From Cenarchaeum sp. (GTDB lineage: Archaea; Thermoproteota; Nitrososphaeria; Nitrososphaerales; Nitrosopumilaceae), in contig OY843768.1 of NCBI GenBank assembly GCA_963693095.2, positions 896,001 to 960,000 on the forward strand: 64,000 nucleotides of DNA. The letters run 5' to 3'. Below are positions 1 through 9,488 of the stretch, piece by piece. Numbering within the stretch: the first letter of the stretch is position 1; each line of letters begins with the position of its first letter. A program made the position numbers and the translations under genes. The notes beneath the pieces were generated by a model that worked only from the letters and a program-made list of their open reading frames with translations, searched no databases and was not told where the DNA came from.

Positions 1-320
1 GCGCACACGAGGTTGCCCAGGGCGGTGTATCGCGACTCTAGCAGGATGACCTCCATGCCCGTGGCCGACTCGAGGTGCTCGACCTCTGGGGCCATGGCCG
101 TGGCCGGCAGGAGGAGCGTCTTGCCTGTGGCGACCATCATGGTCCCCAGGACGCGCGTTCCGGCGACCGAGGAGAGGATCGCCTCCACGCCCAGCTTGCC
201 TGATATGCGCTCAGTCTTTGCGGGCGAGAAGCCCCTGGGGAGAAAGACGTACTCGTCGCACGCCGCAGCGTATATCCCGATATTGGGCCCCCTGTATATG
301 TCATGCTTGAATATGTCCAT
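1..320 (-). CDS. eif6: Translation initiation factor 6 (aIF6), 3' end outside window
   Basis: Not in the ORF track. Manual translation from ATG at 320 gives MDIFKHDIYRGPNIGIYAAACDEYVFLP...YTALGNLVC, matching the eIF6 motifs pNIGv and ALGNl. Confidence 0.85.
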   Translation of the reverse strand, partial: MDIFKHDIYRGPNIGIYAAACDEYVFLPRGFSPAKTERISGKLGVEAILSSVAGTRVLGTMMVATGKTLLLPATAMAPEVEHLESATGMEVILLESRYTALGNLVC

Positions 321-435
321 CGGATCGCAGCACGACCCACGCTCCACCAAAGCGATATTAACGTAGGCACGCGCCCCAAAAACAGCGTTATAATTGGCCG
401 TCCAGGGCCGTTAGTTGTCACTAAATTTGTCTAGA

Positions 436-443
436 TTTAAATA
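436..443 (+). promoter_or_regulatory. TATA box (TTTAAATA) of the ferredoxin gene
   Basis: Lies about 23 nt upstream of ATG 466, the spacing expected for a leaderless archaeal transcript. Confidence 0.6.
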
Positions 444-465
444 ATCATTGGCGGGCGTGCCTGAC

Positions 466-999
466 ATGCCAATCGCGGAGAACTTTCCGGAGGGTCTAAA
501 GCCACTCGGAAAGATCATGCACTCTGACGGGGAGAACTTCCACTTCATGTGGGGGCCCGGCAGGGACGACGCGGAGGCGTTCTCAAACGACGAGGTAAAG
601 GCCGCATACAAGGCACGCGGCGAAAAGCAGGTTCCGCTCGGGGTGAGTGGCACGATGGTCGCAGTTGACTGGGACTCGTGCGTCGCCGACGGCGCCTGCA
701 TCGAGGCGTGCCCAGTGCAGGTCTTCCAGTGGTACAGAACCGAAAAGGACATCGCCGCCGACAAGGTTGTCGGTGAGACCTTTGAGGGGACAGGAAACTC
801 CGAAAAGGAGGAACGCAAGGACTACACCGACAAGGCGGATCCCGTAAGGGAGCACGACTGCATCTGGTGCATGGCCTGCGTGTCTGTCTGCCCCCCAGAG
901 GCCATAAAGGTGGACCAGTCCAACATGGAACACCACGAAAAGGCAGCGGGCACATACACAAAGCTCGAGGCCGGCGAGAACCCTCACGCTCACGACTAG
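466..999 (+). CDS. Dicluster ferredoxin (zinc-ferredoxin-like)
   Basis: Motifs CVADGACIEACP and CIWCMACVSVCP, with an N-terminal His-containing extension. Start moved to ATG 466 using TATA spacing. Confidence 0.9.
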   Translation: MPIAENFPEGLKPLGKIMHSDGENFHFMWGPGRDDAEAFSNDEVKAAYKARGEKQVPLGVSGTMVAVDWDSCVADGACIEACPVQVFQWYRTEKDIAADKVVGETFEGTGNSEKEERKDYTDKADPVREHDCIWCMACVSVCPPEAIKVDQSNMEHHEKAAGTYTKLEAGENPHAHD

Positions 1000-1086
1000 C
1001 CGTCCATATCTGGCCGGTGCATATTTTGGATTCACCCTCAAGGCCCATGCCAACAAATTTTATGTGAGTGGTTTTGCGTGGCCTGC

Positions 1087-1170
1087 GCAGAGGTCGCCTA
1101 GCCCGGTAGGGCGCGGGCCTTGAGAGCCTGTGTGCTTTGGCATGCGGGGGTTCAAATCCCCCTCTCTGCG
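1087..1170 (+). tRNA. tRNA-Ser(TGA), intronless, CCA not encoded
   Basis: Acceptor stem GCAGAGG/TCTCTGC, anticodon arm CGGGC-CTTGAGA-GCCTG, long variable arm, T arm GGGGG-TTCAAAT-CCCCC and discriminator G. Confidence 0.95.
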
Positions 1171-1171
1171 C

Positions 1172-2146
1172 TCACTTTTTGGCCGCAAGCGCGCCTAGCT
1201 CGTAGAGCATGGCTGAGAGCTGTATCTCGGGGCTTGCGCCAACGAGGATGCGATAGTCGTACTCGGAGATCGTGCGCACGAGGCTCTCGGCCCCCTCAGG
1301 CGACGCGCGGTTTATCGCCGCATTGATCCCGCGCAGTATGTCGGCTCCAGACATGCCATACACGCGCAGCAGCTCGATGACGCGCTCACGCGCCTTTTGG
1401 ACCTTGCCGGAGAGCGCAAGCTTTAGGACATCGTCTAGCTGTGTCGCCTTTGCGATTCCGGCTGCTGACTCGGCGTTGGCCACGGTAATTCCGCCGCCAA
1501 GCGATGCGGCAACCTGCATCGTGTTTATCGCATGGCGCAAGTCGCCGCCCGAGCTCTCGTACACTGCCGCTATTCCGGCCTCGTCAAGCTTTGCGCCCTC
1601 CTTTTTTGCTATCTGCTTGAGGCGCTCCACGATCGCCTTTTCTGGAACTGCCGTAAACCTAAAGACCGCACAGCGGCTCTGGATGGGCTCGATTATCCTC
1701 GAGAGGTTGTTGGCTATGATGATAAACCTGCAGTGCTTTGCCGTGTCCTCTATAATCCGGCGCAGCGCAGTCTGCGCATCAGAGGTCATCTCGTCGGCCT
1801 CGTCAAGTATGATGACCTTGAACGGTATGTCGCCCATGCCGGCATACCTAGAGAACGTCTTTACCCTCTCGCGAACCATCGCAATCCCGCGATCGTCTGA
1901 CGCGTTGAGCTCAAGCGTGTGGTCACGCCACGAGTCGCCAAGGATGTTGCGGCACACGCACATGGCCGCAGTCGTCTTGCCGGTTCCCGGCGAGCCGGCA
2001 AGGAGCAGGTGTGGCATCTCGGCGGGCTTTTTTGCGAGTGCGGCGAGGCTGCCGACAGTGTCCTCCTGGCCCACAATATCCCCAAGATCCTGCGGGCGGT
2101 GCTTTTCTACCCACATTACGCCATGGACGGCCATCAGGAGGCGCAC
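1172..2146 (-). CDS. rfcS: Replication factor C small subunit
   Basis: Motifs WVEKHRP, GSPGTGKT, LELNASDDRG, DEAD and SRC. The true start may be a downstream Met. Confidence 0.97.
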   Translation of the reverse strand: MRLLMAVHGVMWVEKHRPQDLGDIVGQEDTVGSLAALAKKPAEMPHLLLAGSPGTGKTTAAMCVCRNILGDSWRDHTLELNASDDRGIAMVRERVKTFSRYAGMGDIPFKVIILDEADEMTSDAQTALRRIIEDTAKHCRFIIIANNLSRIIEPIQSRCAVFRFTAVPEKAIVERLKQIAKKEGAKLDEAGIAAVYESSGGDLRHAINTMQVAASLGGGITVANAESAAGIAKATQLDDVLKLALSGKVQKARERVIELLRVYGMSGADILRGINAAINRASPEGAESLVRTISEYDYRILVGASPEIQLSAMLYELGALAAKK

Positions 2147-2186
2147 GACTCGCCGACTATTTATAAACTAGTGCTGACCTGACAAG

Positions 2187-2759
2187 TTGCATGACGCGCG
2201 GGCGGAATTGCGCAGGCGGAGCCGTGTCCTGATGGTCAAGTCAACAGAGATATCAGCAGCCCAGGAGGTCGGCAAGGCGGGGTTTGACCTAGAGGACGTA
2301 AAGGTGACGTTCACCAAGGACATTGTGACGTCTGTCTCGGGGACTGACATATCCGGCAAGGAGGGAGACGTGCTAAACCTGCCACGCTGGATCGCGCGTG
2401 TGCTAGAGGATGACGGGCACGTGAGGATCGACGAGTCAAGCACGGAGCCGGAGCTAAAGCAGGCCATATCAAAGGAGAATGCGCAGGACGACTATCAGCT
2501 CGCCAGGCTAGATGACCACTTTTACATACGCGTAAATGCCCACATGGAGCGCATACCGCAGCAAAAGCGCGACGAGATGAACAGCATACTCAACTCGCTT
2601 GTGCGCAGCAGGGTCGCAAAGATAACGCGCCTCGTCATATCATCAAAGCTCAGCGCGACCAACTCTGAAAAGCTCACGATCGAGGAGCGTGGGCTCTATG
2701 AGCAGATGCGCAATGCGCACGACGAGTTCGTCGAGCGCGCCACGGGGGGAACGGCGTGA
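2187..2759 (+). CDS. GINS complex subunit (Gins23-like)
   Basis: B-domain motif G-D-x-L-N-L-P-R-W-I-A, and position directly upstream of MCM. Start may be ATG 2232. Confidence 0.8.
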   Translation: MHDARAELRRRSRVLMVKSTEISAAQEVGKAGFDLEDVKVTFTKDIVTSVSGTDISGKEGDVLNLPRWIARVLEDDGHVRIDESSTEPELKQAISKENAQDDYQLARLDDHFYIRVNAHMERIPQQKRDEMNSILNSLVRSRVAKITRLVISSKLSATNSEKLTIEERGLYEQMRNAHDEFVERATGGTA

Positions 2760-4861
2760 GCGAGCAGGTCACCTCCGAGAAGAGCAGCGCGCCGACGGTT
2801 TCGGCCATGTCTGACATGGCGCGCGACCTCATGCTCACGCACCGCGACCGCGACGGCACGCTCTCGTACGTGAAACAGATAGACGAGATGCCGTCAAAAA
2901 ACTCCACATATGCGGTAATTGACTATAATGACCTGGTGACCGAGGACTCGCAGATGACGCGCGTGTTCACCGACAGTGCCGACATGGCACTCGACGCGTT
3001 TGCCGCCGCAATAACCGAGATACTAGGCATAAAGTTTCCCGACTATGCCAAAAGGCACGAGCGCGACATACGCGCGCGAATAGTCAACTATCCGATGCAC
3101 CGCAGCCTCCGCAAGATCAACTCGGAGGTGATCGGCAAGATGACAAGCGTGTCCGGAATGGTCGTGAGGTCATCTGAGGTAAAGCCGCACGCGCATGAGG
3201 TGACCTATGTCTGCCCCGAGGGCCACCCAAACAAGGTCGTCCTCCTCAAGGGCATGAGCATCTCGCCGCCGCCAAAGTGCACGTTCCCAAAGTGCGACCA
3301 CCGCGACCTCGAGGTCGACGAGGGCCAGAGCAGGTTTGTCGACTTTCAGATGATGCGCCTTCAGGACCTCCCCGAGGACATACCGCCCGGCGGCATGCCC
3401 GAGTACATTGACGTGAACGTAAAGCAGGACCTAGTCGACAATGCGCGCCCCGGCGACCGCATAGTGCTGACGGGCATTGTGCGCATAGAGCAGGAGCGCG
3501 TGACGGGCATCCCGCAGGGCAAGAGCGGCCTCTATAGGTTTCTCATGGACGGCAACAGCGTCGAGTTTCTCGGCGGGCGCGGCTCCAAGGTCTCGCGCAC
3601 GACAGAGCGCGAGGCAGTCTCGCCTGAGGAGGAGCGCGAGATACAGCTCCTTGCGCGCGCGCCAGACACGTACGAGCGCCTCATACAGTCGTTTGCGCCG
3701 CACATCATGGGCCACGAGATAATAAAAGAGTCCATACTCCTCCTCATAGTCGGCGCGCTTGAGAGGCGCCTGCCTGATGGCGGCAAGATTCGCGGGGACA
3801 TCAACGTGTTCCTTGTGGGCGACCCCGGCACGGCAAAGAGCGCAATGCTAAAGTTCTGCTCGCGGATCGCCCCGAGGGGCCTCTACACCTCAGGGAGGGG
3901 ATCGACTGCAGCGGGCCTGACAGCGGCAGTCATACGCGACAACCGCAGCGGCATGATGATGCTAGAGGCCGGCGCAGTAGTCCTCGGTGACCAGGGCCTA
4001 GTCTGCATTGACGAGTTTGACAAGATGAAGCCCGAGGACAGCAGCGCGCTCCACGAGGTCATGGAGCAGCAGTCAGTCAGCGTGGCCAAGGGCGGCATCG
4101 TAGCAACGCTAAACGCAAGGTCGTCCATACTTGCTGCGGCAAACCCAATGTACGGCAAGTACGACCCATACAAGAACCTCACCGAGAACGTAAACCTGCC
4201 AATTCCGCTGCTCACTAGGTTTGACCTCATATTTGCCGTGCGCGACACGCCCTCCAAGGAGCGGGACATGAACATCGCGCGCCACATCATAAAACTGCAC
4301 ACGACGAGCGGAATGCCGGCGAGATCGCTCATAGACCCCGACACGCTCACAAAGTACCTCGCATACGCAAAGCACGGCGATCCGCAGCTGACCACAGAGG
4401 CCGAGAACAAGCTCATCGACTATTATATGAAAATGAGAAATGTGGACTCAGAAGACATGATAACGGTCACTCCCAGGCAGCTCGAGGGCCTAGTCCGCCT
4501 CGCGATGGCGCGCGCGCGCCTCCTAATGAAGACGCGCGTCGAGGAGGAGGACGCCGAGCGCGCAATATACCTGGTCCAGACCATGCTCCAGGACGTCGGC
4601 GTCGATGTCAACACGGGCGAAGTCGACATGGGCGTCATACACGGCAAGCCGCGCAGCGAGATGGGCAAGCTCCAGATATTCATGGACATACTAAAGTCAC
4701 TAGAGGGCTCGCCAAAGGAGCCAGTCGAGGAGAAGGCACTAGTTGACGAGCTCATAAAGTCCACAAAGTTCGACGAGGATGAGGCCCGCAAGTACGTCTC
4801 AAAGCTGCAGCGCGACGGCGTCATCTACGAGTCGCGCTCGGGCCACTATAACAGGACATGA
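2756..4861 (+). CDS. mcm: MCM replicative helicase
   Basis: Zn finger, Walker A GDPGTAKS, Walker B CIDEFDKM, and LLTRFDL. Confidence 0.98.
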   Translation: MSEQVTSEKSSAPTVSAMSDMARDLMLTHRDRDGTLSYVKQIDEMPSKNSTYAVIDYNDLVTEDSQMTRVFTDSADMALDAFAAAITEILGIKFPDYAKRHERDIRARIVNYPMHRSLRKINSEVIGKMTSVSGMVVRSSEVKPHAHEVTYVCPEGHPNKVVLLKGMSISPPPKCTFPKCDHRDLEVDEGQSRFVDFQMMRLQDLPEDIPPGGMPEYIDVNVKQDLVDNARPGDRIVLTGIVRIEQERVTGIPQGKSGLYRFLMDGNSVEFLGGRGSKVSRTTEREAVSPEEEREIQLLARAPDTYERLIQSFAPHIMGHEIIKESILLLIVGALERRLPDGGKIRGDINVFLVGDPGTAKSAMLKFCSRIAPRGLYTSGRGSTAAGLTAAVIRDNRSGMMMLEAGAVVLGDQGLVCIDEFDKMKPEDSSALHEVMEQQSVSVAKGGIVATLNARSSILAAANPMYGKYDPYKNLTENVNLPIPLLTRFDLIFAVRDTPSKERDMNIARHIIKLHTTSGMPARSLIDPDTLTKYLAYAKHGDPQLTTEAENKLIDYYMKMRNVDSEDMITVTPRQLEGLVRLAMARARLLMKTRVEEEDAERAIYLVQTMLQDVGVDVNTGEVDMGVIHGKPRSEMGKLQIFMDILKSLEGSPKEPVEEKALVDELIKSTKFDEDEARKYVSKLQRDGVIYESRSGHYNRT

Positions 4862-7008
4862 GGACGACGGGGCTCGGACTGCCCGAGGATGCACGCAAGT
4901 TCCTGACTGACCAGGGTTTCACAGAGCTATATCCGCCGCAGGCTGACAGCGTGCGCGCCGGACTCCTCGACGGCAAGAGCGTCCTAGTCTCGGCGCCGAC
5001 GGCTAGCGGCAAGACGCTCATTGCGCTAATGGGCATACTCGCATGCATTGCTCGCGGGGCAGGCAAGGCGATATACCTCAGTCCGCTGCGCGCACTCGCC
5101 TCTGAAAAGCACAAGGAGTTCAAGATGCTCGAGGAGACCACAGTCGGCGGCGTCACGCCAAGGGTGGCCGTCTCCACAGGTGACTATGACGCAAGCGATG
5201 CGGCACTGGGGCGGGCCGACGTCATAGTCCTGACGAATGAGCGCATGGACTCGCTCATGCGGCACAAGCCGGCATGGATGGAGAATGTCGGCCTTGTCAT
5301 ATCGGACGAGATACACCTGATCGGCGATGCCGACCGCGGGCCGGCCCTCGAGATGGCCATATCGCACGCAATGTCCTCAAGGGAGCCCCCACAGGTGCTG
5401 GGCCTTAGCGCGACTGTCTCAAATGCCGACGTTCTTGCAGAGTGGCTAGGCGCGGAGCTCGTGAGGAGCACGTGGAGACCCGTGCCGCTGCGCGAGGGCG
5501 TCTATGACGGCGGGACCGTTCGCATGTTCGACGGCAAGTCCCACGACATTGAGGGCACCGTGCGCGGGCCGGCAGTCGACCTTGGCATAGAGGCCGTGGC
5601 CGACGGCGGGCAGTCCCTGGTCTTTGCCACCACAAGGCCCCGATCCGTCTCAATGGCGACAAAGGCCGCCACTGCCGTCGTTCAGATGATACCCAGAAAG
5701 AGCAAGGCGCGCCTTGATGCCGCAGCAGGCCGCATAACGGCCGAGAACGAGCGCACCGAGACGGTAAAGGCCCTAGCCGCACTAGTAAAGCAGGGAGTCG
5801 CCTTCCACCACGCCGGCCTCAACCAGGGGTGTCGCGACATAGTCGAGGAGGAGTTTCGGGCCGGCTCAATACGCCTTGTTGCCACGACGCCAACGCTGGC
5901 CGCCGGAGTCAACCTGCCGGCGCGGCGCGTCGTCGTCTCGTCAGTCATGAGGTTTGACGGCCGGCGCGGCGGCATGTCCCCAATAAGCGTCCTAGAGTAC
6001 AAGCAGATGTCCGGCAGGGCCGGAAGGCCACAGTATGACGACCACGGCGAGTCGATAATTGTCGCCGGCCGCATGGGGGCCGACATGGCCGAGGAGTATA
6101 TCGGGGCAGAGCCCGAGCCAGTAGAGTCACGCATGACAGACGCGCGCGCGATGCGCATACACACGCTGGGTCTCCTTGTCATACGCTCGGCGCAGACCAG
6201 GGAGATGATTACGGAATTTTTCATGAAGACGCTTGCCGGAAAGCAGCTCGACGAGGACAGCATTGGGCGCGAGGTCGGCAGTGCGCTGCGCTCCCTGGCA
6301 AAGAGCAAGATGGTGATCTCAAAGGGCAAGGGCAAAAATGTCAGGCACATTGCGAGCAGCCTGGGCGAGCTCGTCTCGAGGCTGTACCTGGATCCCAGCA
6401 CGGCCACAGAGTTCCTCGAGCTCCTCGACATGGCATCAACAAGGCGCGACCACACGCTCGGGCTGGTTCACGCAATAGTCGACTGTGGCGAGTTTTACCC
6501 AAAGTTTGCCCCGCGCGAGCGTGACCGCGAGGCCGCCGAGGAGCTCCTCGATGCGCACTCGGAAGAGCTCGTGTGGGTGGTCAGCCCTGATGAGATCTCA
6601 AAGTCGACGCTTGCGCTCCACGCGTGGGTCAGCGAAGAGTCCGAGGCGTCCATCGCCGCGGCCCACGGCGTAGAGTCCGGGGACATGCACCGCATGAGGG
6701 AGAGGGCCGCGTGGATTGCGCACTGCCTCTCGAGGATTGCAATGCACGAGAGGCGCATGGCCATAGCCAAGGAGGCCGAGAGCCTGGAACGGCGGATATC
6801 GTACGGCATACGCTCCGAGCTTCTAGACCTTGCACGGCTAAGGGAGGTCGGCAGGGTGCGCGCACGAGACCTGTACAGGGCAGGATACACCGACAGGAAG
6901 GCGCTGCGTGGCGCCGACGTCAAAAAGATCGCAAAGATAAGCAACATGGGCAAAAAGGTCGCCGAGCGCATATTGGCGCAGGTGGACAGGGGGACAGGCC
7001 GGAGTTGA
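4858..7008 (+). CDS. hel308: Ski2-like DNA helicase Hel308
   Basis: APTASGKT, DEIH, TPTLAAGVNLPA, QMSGRAGRP and the C-terminal GRVRARDLY (RAR) motif. Confidence 0.95.
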   Translation: MRTTGLGLPEDARKFLTDQGFTELYPPQADSVRAGLLDGKSVLVSAPTASGKTLIALMGILACIARGAGKAIYLSPLRALASEKHKEFKMLEETTVGGVTPRVAVSTGDYDASDAALGRADVIVLTNERMDSLMRHKPAWMENVGLVISDEIHLIGDADRGPALEMAISHAMSSREPPQVLGLSATVSNADVLAEWLGAELVRSTWRPVPLREGVYDGGTVRMFDGKSHDIEGTVRGPAVDLGIEAVADGGQSLVFATTRPRSVSMATKAATAVVQMIPRKSKARLDAAAGRITAENERTETVKALAALVKQGVAFHHAGLNQGCRDIVEEEFRAGSIRLVATTPTLAAGVNLPARRVVVSSVMRFDGRRGGMSPISVLEYKQMSGRAGRPQYDDHGESIIVAGRMGADMAEEYIGAEPEPVESRMTDARAMRIHTLGLLVIRSAQTREMITEFFMKTLAGKQLDEDSIGREVGSALRSLAKSKMVISKGKGKNVRHIASSLGELVSRLYLDPSTATEFLELLDMASTRRDHTLGLVHAIVDCGEFYPKFAPRERDREAAEELLDAHSEELVWVVSPDEISKSTLALHAWVSEESEASIAAAHGVESGDMHRMRERAAWIAHCLSRIAMHERRMAIAKEAESLERRISYGIRSELLDLARLREVGRVRARDLYRAGYTDRKALRGADVKKIAKISNMGKKVAERILAQVDRGTGRS

Positions 7009-8000
7009 TAGAGTATGCGCTCGCCGCGCTCCTCGCAGCCGGAGTCGCCGCCGGAGTCACGCTGGTCGCAATGCCGCCGCTCATCGCCGCACTGCGCGCC
7101 CGCGGCATGGTCGTGCCCGATGCGCACAAGGTAGCCGGAACCATGGTCGCGCGTCCGGCCGGACCGGCAATCCTTGGGGGCTTTGTCGCCGGCGAGCTCG
7201 TCCTCTATGCGATATATCCGGCCGATGCGCTAGTCGCCGCAATCCTGGCGACTGCGGCGGCCTTTTGCGTTGGCCTAGTAGATGACATGCGCACTATGGG
7301 CGGATGGTTCAAGCCCGTTGCCCTCGTTGCAGCAGCGCTCCCCATACTCCTCATCGGCGCATATGACACCGACCTGGCGTTTCCGCTCTTTGGCGAGGTC
7401 CACATACCCGTCCTCTATATCGGCGTCGTCGTCGCGATGATGGTCATAATGGGAAACACGCTAAACTCCATAGACGTCTTCAACGGCGTGGCTAGCGGCG
7501 TCATGATCATTGCCGGCGTTGCCCTCGGCGTCTCGCTGTGCATCATGGGCCGCCACGAGGCTGCTGCGGCGTGCGCTCCCATAGTCGGCATGTCAGTGGC
7601 CCTCTGGCGCCACCACAGAAACCCGAGCCGCGTGTTTCCCGGAGATTCAGGCGCCCTGGCACTCGGATGCATGTACGGCGCAGTCGCCATATACGGGGGT
7701 GCCGAGGTCATCGCGGCCATAATACTGCTGCCCGCAATCACAAACTCGTTTCTCTTTCTGTCTAGCATGAGGCGCATAGTCGAGCACAGGGACGTCGCGA
7801 GGCCGACGAGGGTCCTCGATGACCTCAGGCTAGAGGCAACTGATGACGCTCGCGCGCCAGTCACGCTAGTAAGGCTCCTCCTCATGGGCGGGCCCATGAG
7901 CGAGGCGGCGATCACGCGCTCCATACTCCGGCTCGCGGCGTTCTCGGCGTGCCTTGGCGTGGCGACAGCGGCAGTCTCGCAGGCGGTGCTGCCGGCATGA
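7005..8000 (+). CDS. UDP-GlcNAc:dolichyl-phosphate GlcNAc-1-phosphate transferase (MraY/GT4 family, AglH-like)
   Basis: Multi-TM protein with GLVDD, NSIDVFNG and VFPGDSG. TTG start at 7005 overlaps the hel308 stop. Confidence 0.88.
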   Translation: MIEYALAALLAAGVAAGVTLVAMPPLIAALRARGMVVPDAHKVAGTMVARPAGPAILGGFVAGELVLYAIYPADALVAAILATAAAFCVGLVDDMRTMGGWFKPVALVAAALPILLIGAYDTDLAFPLFGEVHIPVLYIGVVVAMMVIMGNTLNSIDVFNGVASGVMIIAGVALGVSLCIMGRHEAAAACAPIVGMSVALWRHHRNPSRVFPGDSGALALGCMYGAVAIYGGAEVIAAIILLPAITNSFLFLSSMRRIVEHRDVARPTRVLDDLRLEATDDARAPVTLVRLLLMGGPMSEAAITRSILRLAAFSACLGVATAAVSQAVLPA

Positions 8001-8221
8001 GGCACGCGCGCGTGTATGCGCTAGTCATCGGCATGTGGGCGCTCATGCTCGCCGGCGGCGGCATTGCAGTCAACGTTCTTGGGCCCATCCACGCCGACGG
8101 CAATGGGGGAGGGGTCGGCGTCTCGGCCGCAAAGGCCGCAGTCGCAGTCCTCCTCGTCATCGCGTGGGTCTATGTCCTCTCGAGGGTAAAGTCGCTCATA
8201 TTTGCGCGGCGTTCGGCCTAG
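7997..8221 (+). CDS. Small membrane protein (two TM helices)
   Basis: ATGA overlap with the upstream stop; two hydrophobic segments. Confidence 0.7.
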   Translation: MRHARVYALVIGMWALMLAGGGIAVNVLGPIHADGNGGGVGVSAAKAAVAVLLVIAWVYVLSRVKSLIFARRSA

Positions 8222-8472
8222 GGCCCCACGTGTATCTTTGATGGCAGCGAGTCGCGGTTTCTGCGCACAAAGGCGACGTCTGTGGGAACGTCGCGCAGCG
8301 TGTCCGGAAGCATCACCGGTATGCCCTCGAGTATCGGGTAAAACCTCGAGCACTCTGTGCAGTACAGCGCGCCCTCGTCGACCTCGTCTCCGGACTCGGA
8401 GCACACGTGGAGCTCGAGTGGCGCATGGTGGTCATCCGGACATGCGAGCACGTCGAGCATCTGGCGCCTCAT
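8218..8472 (-). CDS. Trm112 family methyltransferase activator
   Basis: MLDVLACP...LYCTECSRFYPILEGIPVML. ATG 8472 overlaps the upstream stop. Confidence 0.9.
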   Translation of the reverse strand: MRRQMLDVLACPDDHHAPLELHVCSESGDEVDEGALYCTECSRFYPILEGIPVMLPDTLRDVPTDVAFVRRNRDSLPSKIHVGP

Positions 8473-9488
8473 CTCTGGTCTAGATACACGGGGGCACCCG
8501 TATTTATGGATACGAGCATTGCCTCCATCACGTGCGCAAGCGAGGACGGGCGTGATGGCAGTAGCCGGTGGACTGCCCATGACTGCCACGCTCCCTGTGA
8601 GTGGAGACCGGCAGGATCGATGCCCGTCTCTAGGCCGACGAGCATGGACGGCAGGTGGCGCATGAGGCCATGGCACCCGAGTTCACCATCCGGATCGCCG
8701 TATAGGGAGGCAGGATGGACGTGCTCCTCCCCAGGACGGCACATGGGGCAATAGTCCGGACCGCCCATGCCATCATTGTATCGCACAGAGAGCTTGCCCG
8801 AGGAGAGGTCGGCGTGGTTGAGGCCCATGCCTGTCGCCGTGAGCACGATTTCAGAGTTGGCAAACTCACGATCGATCGGAAGTTGGATACAGCCCCCAGA
8901 GTAGGCCGAGCCTATGGAGACAAACGCTGTCCGGTCGCCCTCAAAGCGCATCATTAGCGAGACAGAGTCCCCGAGCCTGCGCTCCTCGCCTTCCTGTTCG
9001 TCGTCATCCTCCCCGCGCGGCGAGCTCGCAAAGACGGCCTGTGGTGCCGAGCCGAGCGCAAACATTGCAATGTCAGCGGACAGCGCGCACACTGAGCGCA
9101 TGTCAGGGTGTGGGCCCATGACAGTCGTGGATATGGCCGCCGAGTCGCGCACGTGGTTGCGCGCGTGGCGCATCACGGTGCTATAGCGCGCAATGTGGCT
9201 GCCGCACTCGAGCCGCAGGCCAGCCTTTTGCGCGACCTTTTCCAGGCCCTCCCACTCACCAGACGCGCAAGAGTTGACGTCATAGACCATGACATGGACG
9301 CCTGCGCGCAAGAGCTCCGTCGCAAGTCCTGCGCACGAGTCGCCCACGTGTCCAATCACGGCAGCACCGCCCTTGCCTGCGGCCCCTAGAATCGCATCGA
9401 CTGTGGGCTCGACTGTGCGCGCACACAGTGCTGCGGGGAGCGAAGGCCCCTCCAGGTGATCTGGCCACCCGGCAAAGACGAGTGCCAC
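8469..9488 (-). CDS. Highly diverged Gfo/Idh/MocA-like oxidoreductase homolog
   Basis: Size and residual motifs (LLRAGVHVMV, LECGSHIARY, HPDMRSVCALSADIA). The GxGxxG and EKP motifs are absent. Confidence 0.5.
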   Translation of the reverse strand: MALVFAGWPDHLEGPSLPAALCARTVEPTVDAILGAAGKGGAAVIGHVGDSCAGLATELLRAGVHVMVYDVNSCASGEWEGLEKVAQKAGLRLECGSHIARYSTVMRHARNHVRDSAAISTTVMGPHPDMRSVCALSADIAMFALGSAPQAVFASSPRGEDDDEQEGEERRLGDSVSLMMRFEGDRTAFVSIGSAYSGGCIQLPIDREFANSEIVLTATGMGLNHADLSSGKLSVRYNDGMGGPDYCPMCRPGEEHVHPASLYGDPDGELGCHGLMRHLPSMLVGLETGIDPAGLHSQGAWQSWAVHRLLPSRPSSLAHVMEAMLVSINTGAPVYLDQR

